A stretch of 64,000 bases of DNA from Lytechinus pictus (Eukaryota). Shown in pieces: positions 50,325-64,000 of this stretch (position 1 is its first letter; each line of letters begins with the position of its first letter). The notes under the pieces are model-generated. The model was not told the DNA's origin. It made no database searches and saw nothing but the letters and a program-made list of their open reading frames with translations. A program made the position numbers and the translations under genes. The DNA is taken from positions 22,260,001-22,324,000 of the forward strand of contig NC_087252.1 of assembly GCF_037042905.1 (NCBI RefSeq). The letters are read 5' to 3'.

Positions 50325-52117
50325 CTAATACCCTACAACTCGGGCCCACTTACATGCCATCAACAAAACATATATTCACATCACCAACTAGCTGGTAGCA
50401 TCAGTGATGGAGACAATGACATACCCACTCCCGATCAATTCCCACAGATGCAGATGCCCATTTCAACTACCTACATGTAGATGTCCCACCCCCCGCAGAC
50501 GTAGATGCCCTTCATTACCAACCACCAGCAGATGTAGATTCCCCCACCAATTACTTAAATCATTCGTCTTACCCAGAGGTTGATGCTTCACCACACCACC
50601 TGCCGATGTCGGCGTCCCATCCAACAAGTTGCCATCTACTATAGATGTCCCCTTCCCTTTGATGATGAGAGCCCCTGATACTCATGACCCTTTCTGTCCG
50701 TATGTGGTGTCACCCATATCCAATGCTACTCTTCGTAGGTCCCATCTAGGTATCATGTAATAGTTTCCCACAATGCCGTTGTAGGTGACGTCCTTCCTTT
50801 CCAGCCTCTGGGCCCCCACGTTGCAGCAACATATCCAACTACCCTTGGTCCCAACTTCCCATCATAGAGCGCCCTTTTGGATCTGGTCAGCCTCTTTTAG
50901 TACAGCATACAACCATCCTCCAGAGTCGTGTACCCTGAACTGTAGCCCCCATTCGCGGCCCAATCCTCTCCTAATGCATGCCTTGCTGCCCCATCAAGCT
51001 TTTAAACCCCCCTAATGCCTCATTCATTGTACTCTATTTACACAGTGTATAATCATATTATCTTGTACAGTAATTGTTTGATTTTTGCCATGTTGATTTT
51101 ATTACACATTACAGGATTTTTGACTACAGTGCTGGAGAGTTCATGATTTATTCATATTTTGATTACATGTATTATAGAGTGCCATTTATAAAGGTTTATG
51201 ACAGTTGTTTGTGTATTGGTAATATTTGGTTGGTCGATTATAATGCTTTGTTTTGATACACAGTTTCTCCCAGTTGTTTGTTTTCTGTGATGTGCGTGGT
51301 TGGCTGTGAATTTATACCTGCCCCATTTGCTTGGTTTGAATGGATATTGAATGCAGAATGATTGAGAAGTGCAGTGTGCTGCCACTTGGTTTGCAGGTAT
51401 AGGTAGTTATCATTTCATTTTTATTACTTAATGGTTTTTTATTTTCGTCTTTTCACTTTGGAATGAATATTCTTGCTGTTTGTTTCCTTTTTACCTGTTA
51501 CACAGATCAGAGATATGTAGGAATTATTGCTTTGCACTACCGGAGACGCGTTTGTAGTGCATTTTGAGATGACATCTTTTCTTTGTTTGATGGATACTTT
51601 TTGCACTTTTCATATTATGTGTTTTACCTATTGATGATTAAGGTAAACAGTTTTGCTGATATGTCCTTTTCATGTGTACGTTTATTTCCATTTGTCATAC
51701 TCCCATATTTTGTTACACTGCTTTTATTGTGTATCAAACAGTGACACCATATCTTGGATTTGGCGGCAAGACCGATATCATATTGCATGGCTACATAGTT
51801 TAGTTAAAGTCGTAAATTGCGTTTTCATTAATGTCAGGTGTTAGCCTTGACTTGGAATGTGATGATTCTTCTTGCATTTTTTTGCCGTCGTATTGGTAGT
51901 AATTGTGACAGAGTGTACGATTGCCTTACTTTTGTTTGTTTATATGATTCATCGCTTACAGTTTGTTTTTGTTTCTATTTATCTCGAAGAAGGAGGAAGA
52001 AAAAATAATATGTGTATCAATAAGAATAACAGAACTTTATTTTGAAGTTGTGTATTTGTATATTACATCGAATGCAAGTCTTCTTACATGCTTTAATTTC
52101 ACGTTTATATCTATACC

Positions 52118-52269
52118 GCTCTACGGCGGCGGTACGGCGAGTCGAAAATAGTCGTTTTATTAATTTTGATTTATTTTGTGATTTAAACCACCTATATGTA
52201 GTTGGACAAAAAATGTTAAAAACGGCTGTTTTCGACTCGCCGTATGGCCGCCGTAGAACAAATGTGACC
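52118..52269. mobile_element. Small palindromic MITE
   Basis: ctacggcggcggtacggcgagtcgaaaa ... ttttcgactcgccgtatggccgccgtag. Confidence 0.7.
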
Positions 52270-52339
52270 ATGGTATTTATTGATGATGTATTTTGTAGTG
52301 GTGGTGGTGATGGTTATTTTTTATCCGATTGCTAAGAAA

Positions 52340-52506
52340 GCATGAATGCTTGTAAGCAAGCAACCAGAGGACTTGAGGCCCTCTCCGAAGGACCTGGTAC
52401 TAAGGATTAAGGCCTTACCAAAGGGCACTAGCGCACCTAGTGGGAATCGAACCCGGGTCACCGGAATACGAATCCGCCGCTCTACCGACTGAGCTAGCAC
52501 GCCTCC
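52340..52506 (-). mobile_element. tRNA-derived SINE
   Basis: The minus strand reads ggaggcgtgcTAGCTCAGTCGGtagagc...GGTTCGATTCCcactagg (Pol III A and B boxes), followed by the SINE-body motif gtgccctttggtaaggccttaatcc. No acceptor stem. 3' end approximate. Confidence 0.82.
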
Positions 52507-53691
52507 TTGTGTAGTGGCGTGTTTTAGTGCATGTAATTGATTGATGGAGATATTGATAATTGGTTTGTGCTTTTGAAGAATTGTAATATTTGATATGTGC
52601 TTTTTGCATCAATATCATATTGAAATGTAGTGGGTTTATTACCGTTACGGTAATACGATTGTATTTTTATTATGATCTAACAACTTAGGCAAAAGGAAAA
52701 AGATACACAGTAATAGATGCATAGAGAGTGTACTGGAAATATAATTGGTTTTGTTTAGTGGGTTTATTACTATACATGTTTGTGGCTTTAATTCTTAATG
52801 TTGATGATAACTTATATGTGTCAGGCATAAATGTACAGGACTTATTAGACATGTTTGAAAAGGTAAACTATTTCATTTAAGTGGCTTTAACCAGGATAAG
52901 ATTTGAAAAGTTATTGTAATGGGTTTTACATTGCTATATTCAACAATTAGTGTTTTTCGGGATTGTAGGATAATATTTATCTTGTAAATGTGGATGTTTA
53001 GTTTAGAAGTTATAGGGGAAGAGAAACAAAGGAAAATAGCCACGCCATAATGTTTCTAAATATGGTTTGTTGTAAATGTTGTAAATATTCTTGTTTGATT
53101 AGCGATCGCTCTCATGGCCGCTGGCGTTTTATAAAACACACTTGTCGTTCCTAATACTCGCCTGGTATTACCTGTTTTTTTTTGTTAAACTTTTGGCGCT
53201 GTTGCTATCACTGAAATCACATTTTTTGTAAATGATCTATATTTGTACGCAGAGTATCGACTTAAATTGCGTATTTTTAACGCCTTTGAAAACACATTAT
53301 GTTAAATCACTGTTTTCATAAGTTTCGATTTTACAGAGGATAATGGATATGTTTGTTATGTCTCAATGCGCATTACATTTAACAAACACTGCTTGCTTGT
53401 TATCACTTCAACATCAGATCAAAATGATTTATCACATTTTGATCACGTATAGCTGTGAGAGATGATTTCTTTGGTTCGTACAGGATAACATTTTGCTAAT
53501 TAATTTTTTCCTCAAACTTACTGAATTCATTGGTTGTTCTGCAAGAATATAGCAGGAAATTTAAACAAATTGATGGCTGGTTTGATTTTTAATGTCCATC
53601 TGTATAAATATTGATTTGCTTTATTGAACAATTGCATATTCATGATAAACTTTTGTAAATACGTTTCTTTCAAGTAGGCCTATGGCAATGA

Positions 53692-55062
53692 GGTCAAGTC
53701 CAAGAATTCGCGCGCGTTACGTATGTGACATTTCAGAGGCTTTTGCTTTAATGACCTGAAAAATAGTGTTAAATGACTTTGATTAGATTGAATACCCTCA
53801 TGATGGTGAAAATCTAGGAAAAGAATAATTATGCAAAAAATGGTGATATATGATTTTAACCTTGACCATTTAGAGAGAAAAGACGTACCGTTTACGTATG
53901 GGACGCAGAAAAAAAATCAAAAAAATTTTTAGTTAAGAATTCTCTGAAAGTATTTCATTTGACAACTTGTTACTAAGTATGATAGAAGTTACAACACTCT
54001 AGTATATCCAAGGCAAGTTTCATGTCATGAGCCAAAACCCTCTAATTACAGACGGTAATCAAACAGGTTTAATAATGGCATGATACGTATGGGACAGTTA
54101 CGTATGGGACATTTTGTCCCCATACTAGAGAACGTACATAATTTTCCCCATAATTTTGAAAATTAGAATAAACTGAAAATATGGAAATAGCACAAGAGTT
54201 TTTTTTTCTTTTAAAATGTTCTATTAAAATATATTTCATATAACTGAAAAGGAAATCAGCCATTTCAACAGGCATTTTTTCTTGTTTTTCATGGTTTTCA
54301 TAAATTTCGTATGTACTTTGTTCGTACGTATTGTTTGTTTGATTTTTCATGTTTTTCCATTTTCACAATTTGTTTGCTTCAGTTCTCATTTATCAGTATT
54401 TGTAACAAATCAGTCTTTAGAAACTAAAGAAAAGGTAAATAAATCACTTTTTACGAGCACTCTTGAAATTCGTTTTTCTCCATTCACTTTGTATATAAAT
54501 CTTTCCATTGACATCGTGTGTAAATGCCCCATACGTAACATGTCCCATACGTAACAATTTTTAAATGAACTTTTCATTGAAATGTGAAATATATTTTTGA
54601 AACTTTTTGCGGTATTACATTTTCATACTCAATAAATTAGAACTTCCCAGAGATACAACAATACAAGTATTGCATTCTGAGAAACAACTTAAAAAACATC
54701 CTAAAAAATGTTGCGTATGGGACATTTCATCCCTGGACAAGACTCAATTTGCATATTTAACTAGATGACACCACTTTTTCCCCCAAAAGTAATAAAATGT
54801 AAGGGGGTCCATGTCCAACCTATGACTAGATCTCACAAGTTTTGTTTTGATTTTCTATGAGTTTTTATAATTGTCCCATACGTAACACCCATTTTACCTA
54901 TTATGCAATTAGGTGCCCCAAATTAGCATAAATTTGCATATTAAAATTTTCTTGCTGAAATTCAAAAATTCAACTTATGGGCTTTCTTACCTAACCAAAG
55001 ATAATTTTTTTTAATAAAGATGAAATTTTGTCTTATTGGGTGACCTTTTCTTGGACATGCCC
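53692..55062. mobile_element. Kolobok-like non-autonomous DNA transposon
   Basis: TIRs ggtcaagtccaagaa / ttcttggacatgccc, flanked by atga / ttga. Many internal cgtatgggac / gtcccatacg motifs. Confidence 0.65.
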
Positions 55063-56481
55063 TTGAATGTTTAGGAAATGTATGTTCAGTTACGATTTAG
55101 TTGCAGGCGCATGAAAACGATCACTGAAATTTGTTGGATTTCTTTAATTTCCATCCTAACGGAAATGGTTTTGAATATGCTGTGTGTAATCAAGATTGTT
55201 TTGACTACATCTTTTCTTCTTGAGAACCTAAATGAACTTGGTCTGATTTTTTAAAAACACATTCAGGTAAATGAAGATTCATTTGTTTTGGTACACATGA
55301 TCAGTTACATGTTTGTGGTAAATTGATATAAATACTTTATTTCAATACTATATCGGGCAATGGCGGTGTTGCTGGCTTAAATATTCATGAAATTTATGTT
55401 CAATTATGTATAAATGACTGAGGAAATTATATATTCGCAGACGCATTATTATGATCACATTAAAATCTACATTCGGTCAGATTTTTTAAAGGTTTTCATG
55501 GCTACTACAATTATTTCTATCAATGCTTCGTTTATTAAAGATTATCTGGACTACATCTTTTCTTCGTAAGAATCTAAATGAACTTGATTTGGAAAGATGA
55601 TCAAAATATAATTGAGATGTTAGCAACAACTGTTGTTATGTTCACGATTATTCGATCATCTATTTGTTGTTTTCATGTTTCATTTTTTTTACTATTAAAC
55701 AAAAGTTTTAGAAGATTATTTGCATATACTACAGACTAAATCATTTGAATATCTAAATCTGCTAAGAAAAACACATTGGAGACATTTCAAGAGCTCTGTA
55801 TTCTTTGGTACTTTACAAAGATAATGTTTTACTATTTACTTACTACATTCTTAGGTGATTCTGCAACAGTGTAAAAAATCAGTCGATTGCTGACCAGTAT
55901 ATTTTTGTGTAATTATATATAGTAGATGCATTAGCTTGAAGGAAATTATTATGCCGCAACTTTTCAAAAGTTTCGTTAATAATCTATTATTTTTGTTTCA
56001 TTTTCCATGCTAGCTGAACTAATTTCGTGTTAATGCTTCAAAATAAAATCAGGATGTTAGCGCCATAGTCTGAAAATAGGGGTTTTAACGCTCTATGTGA
56101 TCATCTTTTAATTGTTTTCGTGTATTATATTTTACTATTAATCAGGAGTTAGTAAATCAGTAAATCATTATAATATCTACATGATTGTATATATGCTTTA
56201 GTAATAAGATGTTGGATGTTAGCGGTGGTTAGAATATTTTTCAAACGCAAATCGAGTCACTTTTTTTTTATTATTTTCGTTCATTAAAAAACAAACAAAC
56301 CAGGAATTAACCCATTTTAACCGATCATTTGCATATACATTGCATCTAATTTATATATATATATATATAAGTGAAATAGTGAGTGAGGGACATCATTGTC
56401 TCTTTCATTTTCATGTCACTAAGTTGAACACTGTTTTAAAAAAAAATGAGCAAAACTGTAAAATATCACAACTTATGCTTG

Positions 56482-56712
56482 CACAGTAAAAACGCTGTTT
56501 AAAATTTCTATACAACGCTGTTTACTATATGAACCTTACAGTAATTGTTTAAACAGTTTAAACAAGTGTTTAAAATCTTAAACAGCAAAGTTTAATTTTC
56601 AATATCTAAGCTTCAATAAATCAGACATGATTGTTTAAACTGTTAAACAACTACTGTAAGGTTCATATAGTAAACAGCGTTGTATAAAATCTTAAACAGC
56701 GTTTTTACTGTG
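56482..56712. mobile_element. Palindromic MITE with CACAGTAAAAA ends (EnSpm/CACTA-like)
   Basis: ~85-bp near-perfect arms, flanked by tgcttg on both sides. Confidence 0.82.
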
Positions 56713-56869
56713 TGCTTGATTTTTCTTTATTGATTCAAAGTAACCTTAATATGCGTTAGACTTGACTTAGAAAAAAAATGGGTGTTTATCCTTGTCATGC
56801 TGAGGTTCTCGCTTGAATAAAATTTGATCAATCATCGAAGACTTCTGGTTGACTCATTACTTCAGGAGT

Positions 56870-57150
56870 TAACACGTGACAAGAAGATCGACAAGAAGAG
56901 AGACAGGGAGACATGGAAAGAAAGACACGGGAGACAAAGGCGAGAGGAAAGGAAAGACAGAGAGGGAGAGATATAGAATATAGAACGGTGGGATAGTGAA
57001 AGAGACAGAAAGGAAGGGAAGGGGTAGAGAGATCGAGGGCGTGACATTAAGAGAAAGACATAGAACGAGAAGGAACATTAGAGATATATAGTAAGAAAGA
57101 GAGAAGAATAGTGACAGAGAGGTGGGAAGAGAGAGGATGGGACGGGATGA
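56870..57150. repeat. Purine-rich (AG) low-complexity tract
   Basis: Degenerate gaga/gaaa repeats. Similar tracts at 36340-36700 and 60660-60840. Confidence 0.75.
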
Positions 57151-57375
57151 TTTGGTCTAGTTGCAGTTTGGTTCAACCGTCTTGGTCTTAAAAGTCATTT
57201 AGTCTGATACCCAAATAGGTCATTGTAGTCTATTATTTGTTGTACTTATGTGATTCATAATTAATTCATATAATCATATACCATAATTGGTGTCAGACCG
57301 AGTGGATATTATACGATATGCGAATACGCTGACTCGAAATTAGACAAAGTGATAAATGGAAAAGCTAAATATTAA

Positions 57376-57962
57376 AGGGGAATGAAACCTTTGGAACAAG
57401 TAGGCTTGTATCGAAACAGAACAATCAAAAGATAAGAACAAAGAAATTTTGAGAAAAATCGGACAAATGATGAGAAAGATATGAGCATTCGAATATTGCC
57501 ATCTCTATTATGCTATGAAGATCCTTCCATTGGCAACGCGACAAGGATGTGTGATGTCACACATGAACAACTTTCCCTTTGATGGACTATGAAATACCCT
57601 GAAAATGTGTATTTTTGCTTTTTCGTATGGTGATACAAACTCATTATCCATGATGTATTCTTTAAAAATCTGTATTACATGCCCTCATATAGAAAGCATA
57701 CATGTTCTACTGATATATGTAATAAAAGAGGCAATTTAAGTTAAATATATACTAAAGTAACAGGGAGAGTTGTTAAAGAGTGACATCACACATCTTTGTC
57801 GCATTGCCAATGTGAGGATCTCCATAGCATTAGTGATCGCAATATTCAAAAGCTCATAACTTTCTCATTATTTGTCCGATTTTTCTAAAACTTTCGTTGA
57901 TCTGTTTCTTTGATTTTTCTGTTTTCACACAAGCTATCTTGGTCCAAAGGTCTCATTCTCCT
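57376..57962. mobile_element. Kolobok-like palindromic MITE with TTAA TSD
   Basis: ttaa|aggggaatgaaacctttgga...tccaaaggtctcattctcct|ttaa with ~200-bp imperfect arms. Confidence 0.85.
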
Positions 57963-57995
57963 TTAAACCAGCCCAGAATGGTTAGTAAAAGATCT

Positions 57996-58251
57996 GAGAC
58001 CCGTGTTAAAAAGAGTTGGGATTGATATCAACATAGAACACAATCAATGTCATAGTTTTTCATGCAGGAAATTTGCACAGTGTCCCTCTGTTAACAAACA
58101 GGAGCGCACTGAATTGCCAAGACAACGATGTATGCATGAATATACATCATAAATATTTAGAAAACAATTACAAACATGCACTTAAGGTGTTTCTGACTTT
58201 CCATAGTTGTAGTTGATCGGAACAGACACAACTCTTTGTCAGACGGGGCCC
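57996..58251. mobile_element. Degenerate Harbinger-like MITE
   Basis: gagacccgt...aaagagttg / caactcttt...acggggccc. Related ends occur at 59676-59805 and 59866. Confidence 0.5.
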
Positions 58252-58852
58252 TGTTTGTTGATGAACTAGGATTACATGTATATGATGTGGACTTTTTTAT
58301 TTCATTGATTTGATTATATTTAATTCATTCACATAATTATTTCTACTTACATAATAAACATGCACAAATATTTTTCTAAAATACAGTAAATTAGATTAAA
58401 TGGATAGTAGACCAAACTTTTTTTTACCTGTTGACGGTGGCGCTGAAAAGTCTATTATTTAGTTAAAGCGTTTGACTTCACTGACCGGGAAGATAGCTCA
58501 ATCCCCTGCGCATGCCCATGATAATAAACTTAGATCTTTCATTCGGGATTTGTATTCGGTTGCTTTGATTTGTTTAATTCCCGACCTTTCGTTTGAGGAC
58601 GCGCACGCTTATTTACGACCGTAGTTGATTTTGGAAGAGACTTTTTAGGCCCGTCATCATGGTCGTAAAATTCTGTCCTGCAATGCAAATTGTGTGACAT
58701 GAGATTTTTTGTTCGTTTCGCATCTGCGACGGAAACATTCAATATGCGTTTCGTGTGCAAAATTCTGGTTGCTACTATGGTAACAGCGATTTATCCGATT
58801 TAGGACGACTTTCCAAATCCACTTTTGGTTCCTCCCAGAGCTCGAGAAGCCG

Positions 58853-59146
58853 CCCGGGAGGCCCACTCCCATTGAATAGTGGATACCAGGCGCGACCATA
58901 CGTAAAAAGGGAAAGAGTGGGTAAGTACGTTACGTATAGGCATATGTAGCGTTATAAGGGTGTCAAATACGATGATTAAAATACTGAAAAACGGGATATA
59001 TTTCCAATACTTGTAGGGTGTCACAACCCAAATACTTAAGAGATGCATTTTCATAATCTGGAAAAGACTTCCATTGTTTAGGGTGCTTTTCAAAACCCCA
59101 TGGTCGCGCCTGGTATCCACTCATCAACGGAAGTGTACCCCCCGGG
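58853..59146. mobile_element. MITE with CCCGGG termini
   Basis: cccggg...gtggataccaggcgcgaccat / atggtcgcgcctggtatccac...cccggg. Confidence 0.75.
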
Positions 59147-61677
59147 AAATCCCCCATTTCTGCGGAAAGTAAAACATACTGCCCATTACATTGTGTGCTA
59201 GAGGCATATTGTTTGTGTATAAGGAGCGGAAAATGAAGAAAACCCCGCAAATTTAGATGTTTTTTCAGACGGTTTATGGCCTATTGCATGCTGTGTATAT
59301 GTCAACGCATGCGAAAATGGTTCCGGCTGGAGAGGTGATCTGACTCATGGAATCAATTGCCAGTGATCCAACAATAATGTACATTAAATGCAATATCGAT
59401 TCGATGGACTGTAATGATCTATATCTAAGCCTTAATTCGGTAAGTTTTTCCTTACTCAATATGTACTCGATTTGTCTGAAAAACCACTTTCTTATCCATG
59501 TCAAAATCTACATTTCGCATGTCTCCAGCCAGCTGGGGTCATAGCCATGATACAGGTACAGTCCCGCCGCGAGCTCATGCAGGCAAATGGCATGGCATGC
59601 TGGTATCATAGAGCTATTATAGCTCCATGCTGGTATCGTGTGAAAGAGCTTTGCACACGAAAAGCAAAATCTATAGGGCCTGTAACACAAAGCTTAGCAA
59701 TGATTGTAGAACAGTTTTCCACGTTTGATTGTATTGACTGTAATGTACAATCAATCTGAAAATCGAGTCTATGATTAATCATTAACTTTTGAGTTACCCG
59801 ACTCTAATCTCGCGTTGTAGAGGATTGCGAAAGGTGCCTAAAAGAGATTCAGGACGCTGAAATCTGGGGCCTGTTGCAGAAAGATTTGCGTAATATCAAG
59901 CGCAAGTCCCGAATACGGGTGCTTCATTGGCTGAAAATCAAGTTGCGCAAGATTTTTTGAGTTGCGTTTGATCGCAAGAGAATAATTGTAAAGAGCAAAT
60001 ATTCTTTGGATAGTTAATTTTATATTAAATTATACCATTTTTAAACGATTTGGATGGAAGGCACTTTGTTGTTGTGTTTTTAACCAATAAAACAAACAGT
60101 GTGAGATTGCTATATTTGACAAGCCCCGCAAAATTAATTTGAATCGGCACTCCAAAAATGAGTCTTCAAGAGGCCTGGAAATATTTGTATGAAACTTTAG
60201 GTCGAAGAGGCGATTTTCCCTACCCCCCCCCCCTCCCCCCTTCTCGTTCTCTTTCTCTATCCCAAACCCGCACCTGTATAATACGAACTATAACACATTG
60301 AAGTCTAAAATACTTTGCAACTTGATTACGTGCTAAAAAGATAATGACATCCATTGCTTATTTTTGTTGCTTTCATGGATTTAGAGTAGCGGAAGCCCAA
60401 AACACCTGTACATTTGTGGAAGACTGGGTTAAAACGCACGATTCTACAGGCTGTATTGTGTAAAAGCCAAGCCTGTTATCTGAAATAGTATTGTCAATGA
60501 CGTGAGTATTGTTTGTATAGGGAAAACCCGGGGGAAAACCAGATCACAGATTCTAGGTTATTCACTCTATTCATTCTTAGATGATTTTCATGTTTCAATT
60601 CATCATCTACAATAGAAGCCACACAGTCTCGTGATTTCATGGGTAAAAACAGTAAATGATTTGAGAGACGATGAGAGAGAGAGAAGGCAGGTGAGAGGTC
60701 GAGGTGACTGAGTAAGAGAGAAGAGGGGAGGGAACTATAAAGCGAGATATGCATTTGTAATACACGATTGCAGGAAAACAATTGGGAGAGAAAGAGAGAC
60801 GGAGAACGATGAAGAGAGGGGGAGAGCGCGGAAAAGAATGATGTCGGAAGTGAGATAGGTGGATTTTTCATTATCCATGACAATGACATGAATGGCAACT
60901 TATCTTTGAAATATGAAAGCCATTGCGTTATTGCAAGATGGCGAGTGAGAAAGATAAAAAAAAGAGGTCTGCGTACGTGTGAAGGTTAGCTGGAATAGAT
61001 CAGAGGGTTTGTTCGATTGTGTGTGAGTGAATAGATGTGTTTGTGCGTGGTCTCGCGCGCGTATGGGTATGTACCTGTTGCGTGTGTGTGTAACATGCGA
61101 GTTGGGAAGAAAGAAGGGGCAGCATCTGCTGTTATATATATATGCAATCTATTTTCATGATTTTGTGTCGGAGGGGTTGGTGGACATTAAAGGTCGTTTC
61201 CATCCAGAAAAGAAATTGTTATCAAACAAGTCAAAATTAATAAATAAGGTAAAACATTCAACTGAATAAAATAATCAAGTCAGATTTTAAATAAAAAGTT
61301 ACGGCATTTAGTTTCAAGAAATTTAGACGTTCTCCATTTGGCGGAGAGGTCTCAACAGAGAGAGCCAAATGATGTCACTCTTATTTGTATTTCATAATTC
61401 AAAATATTGAAAATTTACCTTTGTTCTCCCCTATAAAGTTAACAATGGTTTGATCTTTCACTTTATTGTGAATCAGAAGAGAGCTTTTTTCACCAAAGCT
61501 GTAATAGGCCTCGATATATTTGATATTACATAATATAAATAGTAGACGTCATCTGTACATTTATTTGCATACAGACCATGATGTGCGGATGACTGCTTTG
61601 TGGAATATGTGAAACTAATATCTGCACGCCTTTAAGAATCAGTACATAATGCGGGATTTTTATGGCATATCATGCAA

Positions 61678-61680
<3 letters not shown>

Positions 61681-61725
<45 letters not shown>
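61681..61725. repeat. (AT)n microsatellite
   Basis: ~22 AT units ending at the TA target of the adjacent Tc1-type MITE. Confidence 0.9.
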
Positions 61726-62486
61726 CAGTGCGCCCCACCCCCCCCCAAAAAAAAGAAACCGAGATTTATCGATGATTTATCATAACTTAATCACAATACA
61801 ATAGACAAGTGACCTACCATTGTAAAGCTTAGAATCTCCTCTTTTATCTTAGATTATTCGTCATTCACGCATGAGTGAGCACAAACAATTTGAAGAAAGG
61901 TTACCAAAAACCCATTTGGCGGGGGTATCTGAATCTCAAAAAGAAAATCACATGCCTAAAAAGTTTAATATATATATATAACTGCTCTTTTATTTGATAC
62001 CTTAATCACAGAAAACTGGTCAAGAAGTAAACAAAAGTTATGTTCCCTCGAAACAATGCTTGTATTTCCATATTTTCATTAAATAAACGTGTTTTCACCG
62101 GTTTCCCACAGAATCTATCGCACGGTTAAGTCAACAAAACGGAGTGTCGAGTGACTCAGAACGCTAGCATGTAAAACCTCTTCATTTTATGAAATTATTG
62201 AAATTCAAGCTTTATTTCAAATAACCAGAACTTTGTCATTTCTTAACTATTTTCTGTAATTGAGGTATCAAATTAAAGAGCAGATATTTAACTTTTTTTA
62301 AATGTGATTTTCTTTTTGAAACCCAGATACAGCCCGCCAAGTGACGTTTTGGTATCCCCTGTTCAAATTGTTTTTGCTCACTGATGCGTGAATGAGAAAT
62401 AATTTAAGTAATTTCAGATGAAAGAAAAGATTCGTTATGATAAATCATCGATAAATCTTGGTTTTGTTTTTTTCTGGGACGCACTG
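61726..62486. mobile_element. Tc1/mariner-type MITE, second copy
   Basis: ta|cagtgcg...gggacgcactg|ta, colinear with 48406-49185. Confidence 0.88.
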
Positions 62487-63228
62487 TATAAAAGTTAATA
62501 AAGTTTATACACGCGTGAATTTCATTCGGCCCTCCTACACCACTCACATTTACATTTTCTACGGTTAAGTGCCGTCAGCTGTGGCCCATTTATTTATATA
62601 TTTTGAAATTGTAGAATTGCTTTTGTCTATTTGCAAAACTGCAATCGGTAATTTTCCATCTCAAATCAAATTTAACAAATTACAAAATATAAAACCACGT
62701 GTTTTGCTTCAAGACGCCAAGGCAGTATCATTTCCGGGTCGGTCATTTTGTTGTCTCAAAAATTAGAAAGGCAATTAAGAATCAATAGTCACGACTTCCC
62801 CCCCCCCCCCTCTCCCCTCCACACACAGGGCCGTAGCCAGAAGCATTTTGTTGGGGGGGTGTACCAGCTAAATTTGCCAACTAAATTTGGCGTGACAGCG
62901 TCAACGTGAGCACAGGGGGAGTCTAATGGGGGATGTGCCCCCCCCCTACAATAATCACATGCTAAAAGATTTTGAATATTTAGAATTTAATTAGTGGCAT
63001 TTGGGGAATACTTTAAGGTAAATTATACAAAGATATACAATAATATTTGCACTGTGAAAAGAAACATTTTGGATCAAAATAGAAAGGCTAGTGTGCTGTA
63101 GTTGCTAAATTGCAGTATAATGATTACCCTATATGCATTAATAATATCAAAATCAAAGATTTGTTAATTTTTAATTGACCTTCTGTGCAAGATGTCTCAA
63201 CTAAAATTTCAAGAGTGCTACTGCTAAC

Positions 63229-63872
63229 AGTGGCGTACCGTGAGTCACGGCATGGGGGGCACCAGCAAAAATTTTGAGTCATTGCCAAGTATACTGACCT
63301 ATAAAGAGACATTTTAAGGACTGTGCCATTAAACGGATATATATCTTAGTGATCCAATAATGCGAGCGCGAAGCGCGAGCTGAAAATGTTTGATATTCAG
63401 TCCTAAAAAAGGGACATTTATAAGCAAAGTTTTGTAATCATTATACGTACCTGTCTCACAAAACAATGCGAGCGCGAAGCGCGAGCTGAAATTTTTTTGT
63501 ATAACTTAACCCTAAAAATAGACATTTTAAGGACTATCTTTTGGAATTTATGAAGTGCGTACGTATCTCATCATAGTCATCTAATGCGAGTGCCAAGCGC
63601 TTGCTGATTCTGTTAGAATTACACTGGTACATGAAGCACTTTTTGTGGTCATTGTAATCATGAACATGATACGTATTTCACTAATGAAATTGCGGGCGAG
63701 AAGCGCGAGTTGATAATTTTTAAAATTCAGACCTGAAGAGGGGCATTCTATGGCTTGTTTGTAGGAATTTACTATTTCACTGATTAAGGGATGGGAGCGC
63801 GAAGCGCGAGCTGAAAATTTGTTGTAATTAGATCAGAAAAAGGGACATTTTAAGGACTGTCTTTAGGAATTC
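63229..63872 (+). mobile_element. hAT-like element left end with an internal ~115-bp degenerate tandem array
   Basis: Starts cagtggcgtacc. gcgagcgcgaagcgcgagctgaaa...ggacattttaaggac units recur at ~63362, 63468, 63586, 63693 and 63795. Similar units at 40310-40700. Confidence 0.6.
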
Positions 63873-64000
63873 GTGCACTGCAAAAACGCCGGTGTTGATT
63901 TAACACCAGCCCGGTATCTATATCGGTCCACACCAATGCGAACGTAAGCACAGACTGGAAATGTTTTATTAAGGCCTTAAAAGGGGGCAATCACTTTAAG

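Noticed and set aside
50400..51015. GC-richer segment with degenerate gatgtagatg repeats and a KRALYD-like peptide on the minus strand
   Set aside because: No sustained frame and too weak to assign. It may be a decayed coding or TE fragment; a BLASTX search would settle it.
52430..52506. Possible tRNA gene
   Set aside because: A and B boxes are present, but there is no acceptor stem and it runs into a SINE body.

Overview
Eukaryotic, AT-rich, repeat-dense animal DNA with GT-AG introns. The repeat and protein repertoire suggests an echinoderm, probably a sea urchin (inference only). Left to right: (1) 1-9023 is the right ~9 kb of an apparently intact two-gene PIF/Harbinger transposon, with a spliced DDE transposase on + and a three-exon Myb/SANT protein on -. 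(2) 9023-35589 is a stack of nested elements (Kolobok-like host, decayed Gypsy retrotransposon, ~4-5 kb Academ-like foldback, MULE-like element with 15-bp repeats). It is present twice in tandem, and the junction between the two copies is filled exactly by a 5'-truncated, polyadenylated L2/Crack-type LINE fragment, giving the topology of a ~10 kb target-site duplication. (3) 37510-45900 holds a ~145-bp tandem array, a MULE-like foldback with a 9-bp TSD and a nested hAT-like element, and a decayed RTE-X-like LINE. (4) 46146-47921 is the only likely host gene, a single-coding-exon B-box/coiled-coil/beta-propeller (TRIM-like) protein. (5) 48000-64000 is non-coding, with many MITEs, a tRNA-derived SINE and simple repeats. 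There is no CRISPR array, rRNA or convincing true tRNA. Superfamily labels for non-autonomous elements rest on termini and TSDs read by eye and need Repbase/Dfam confirmation.
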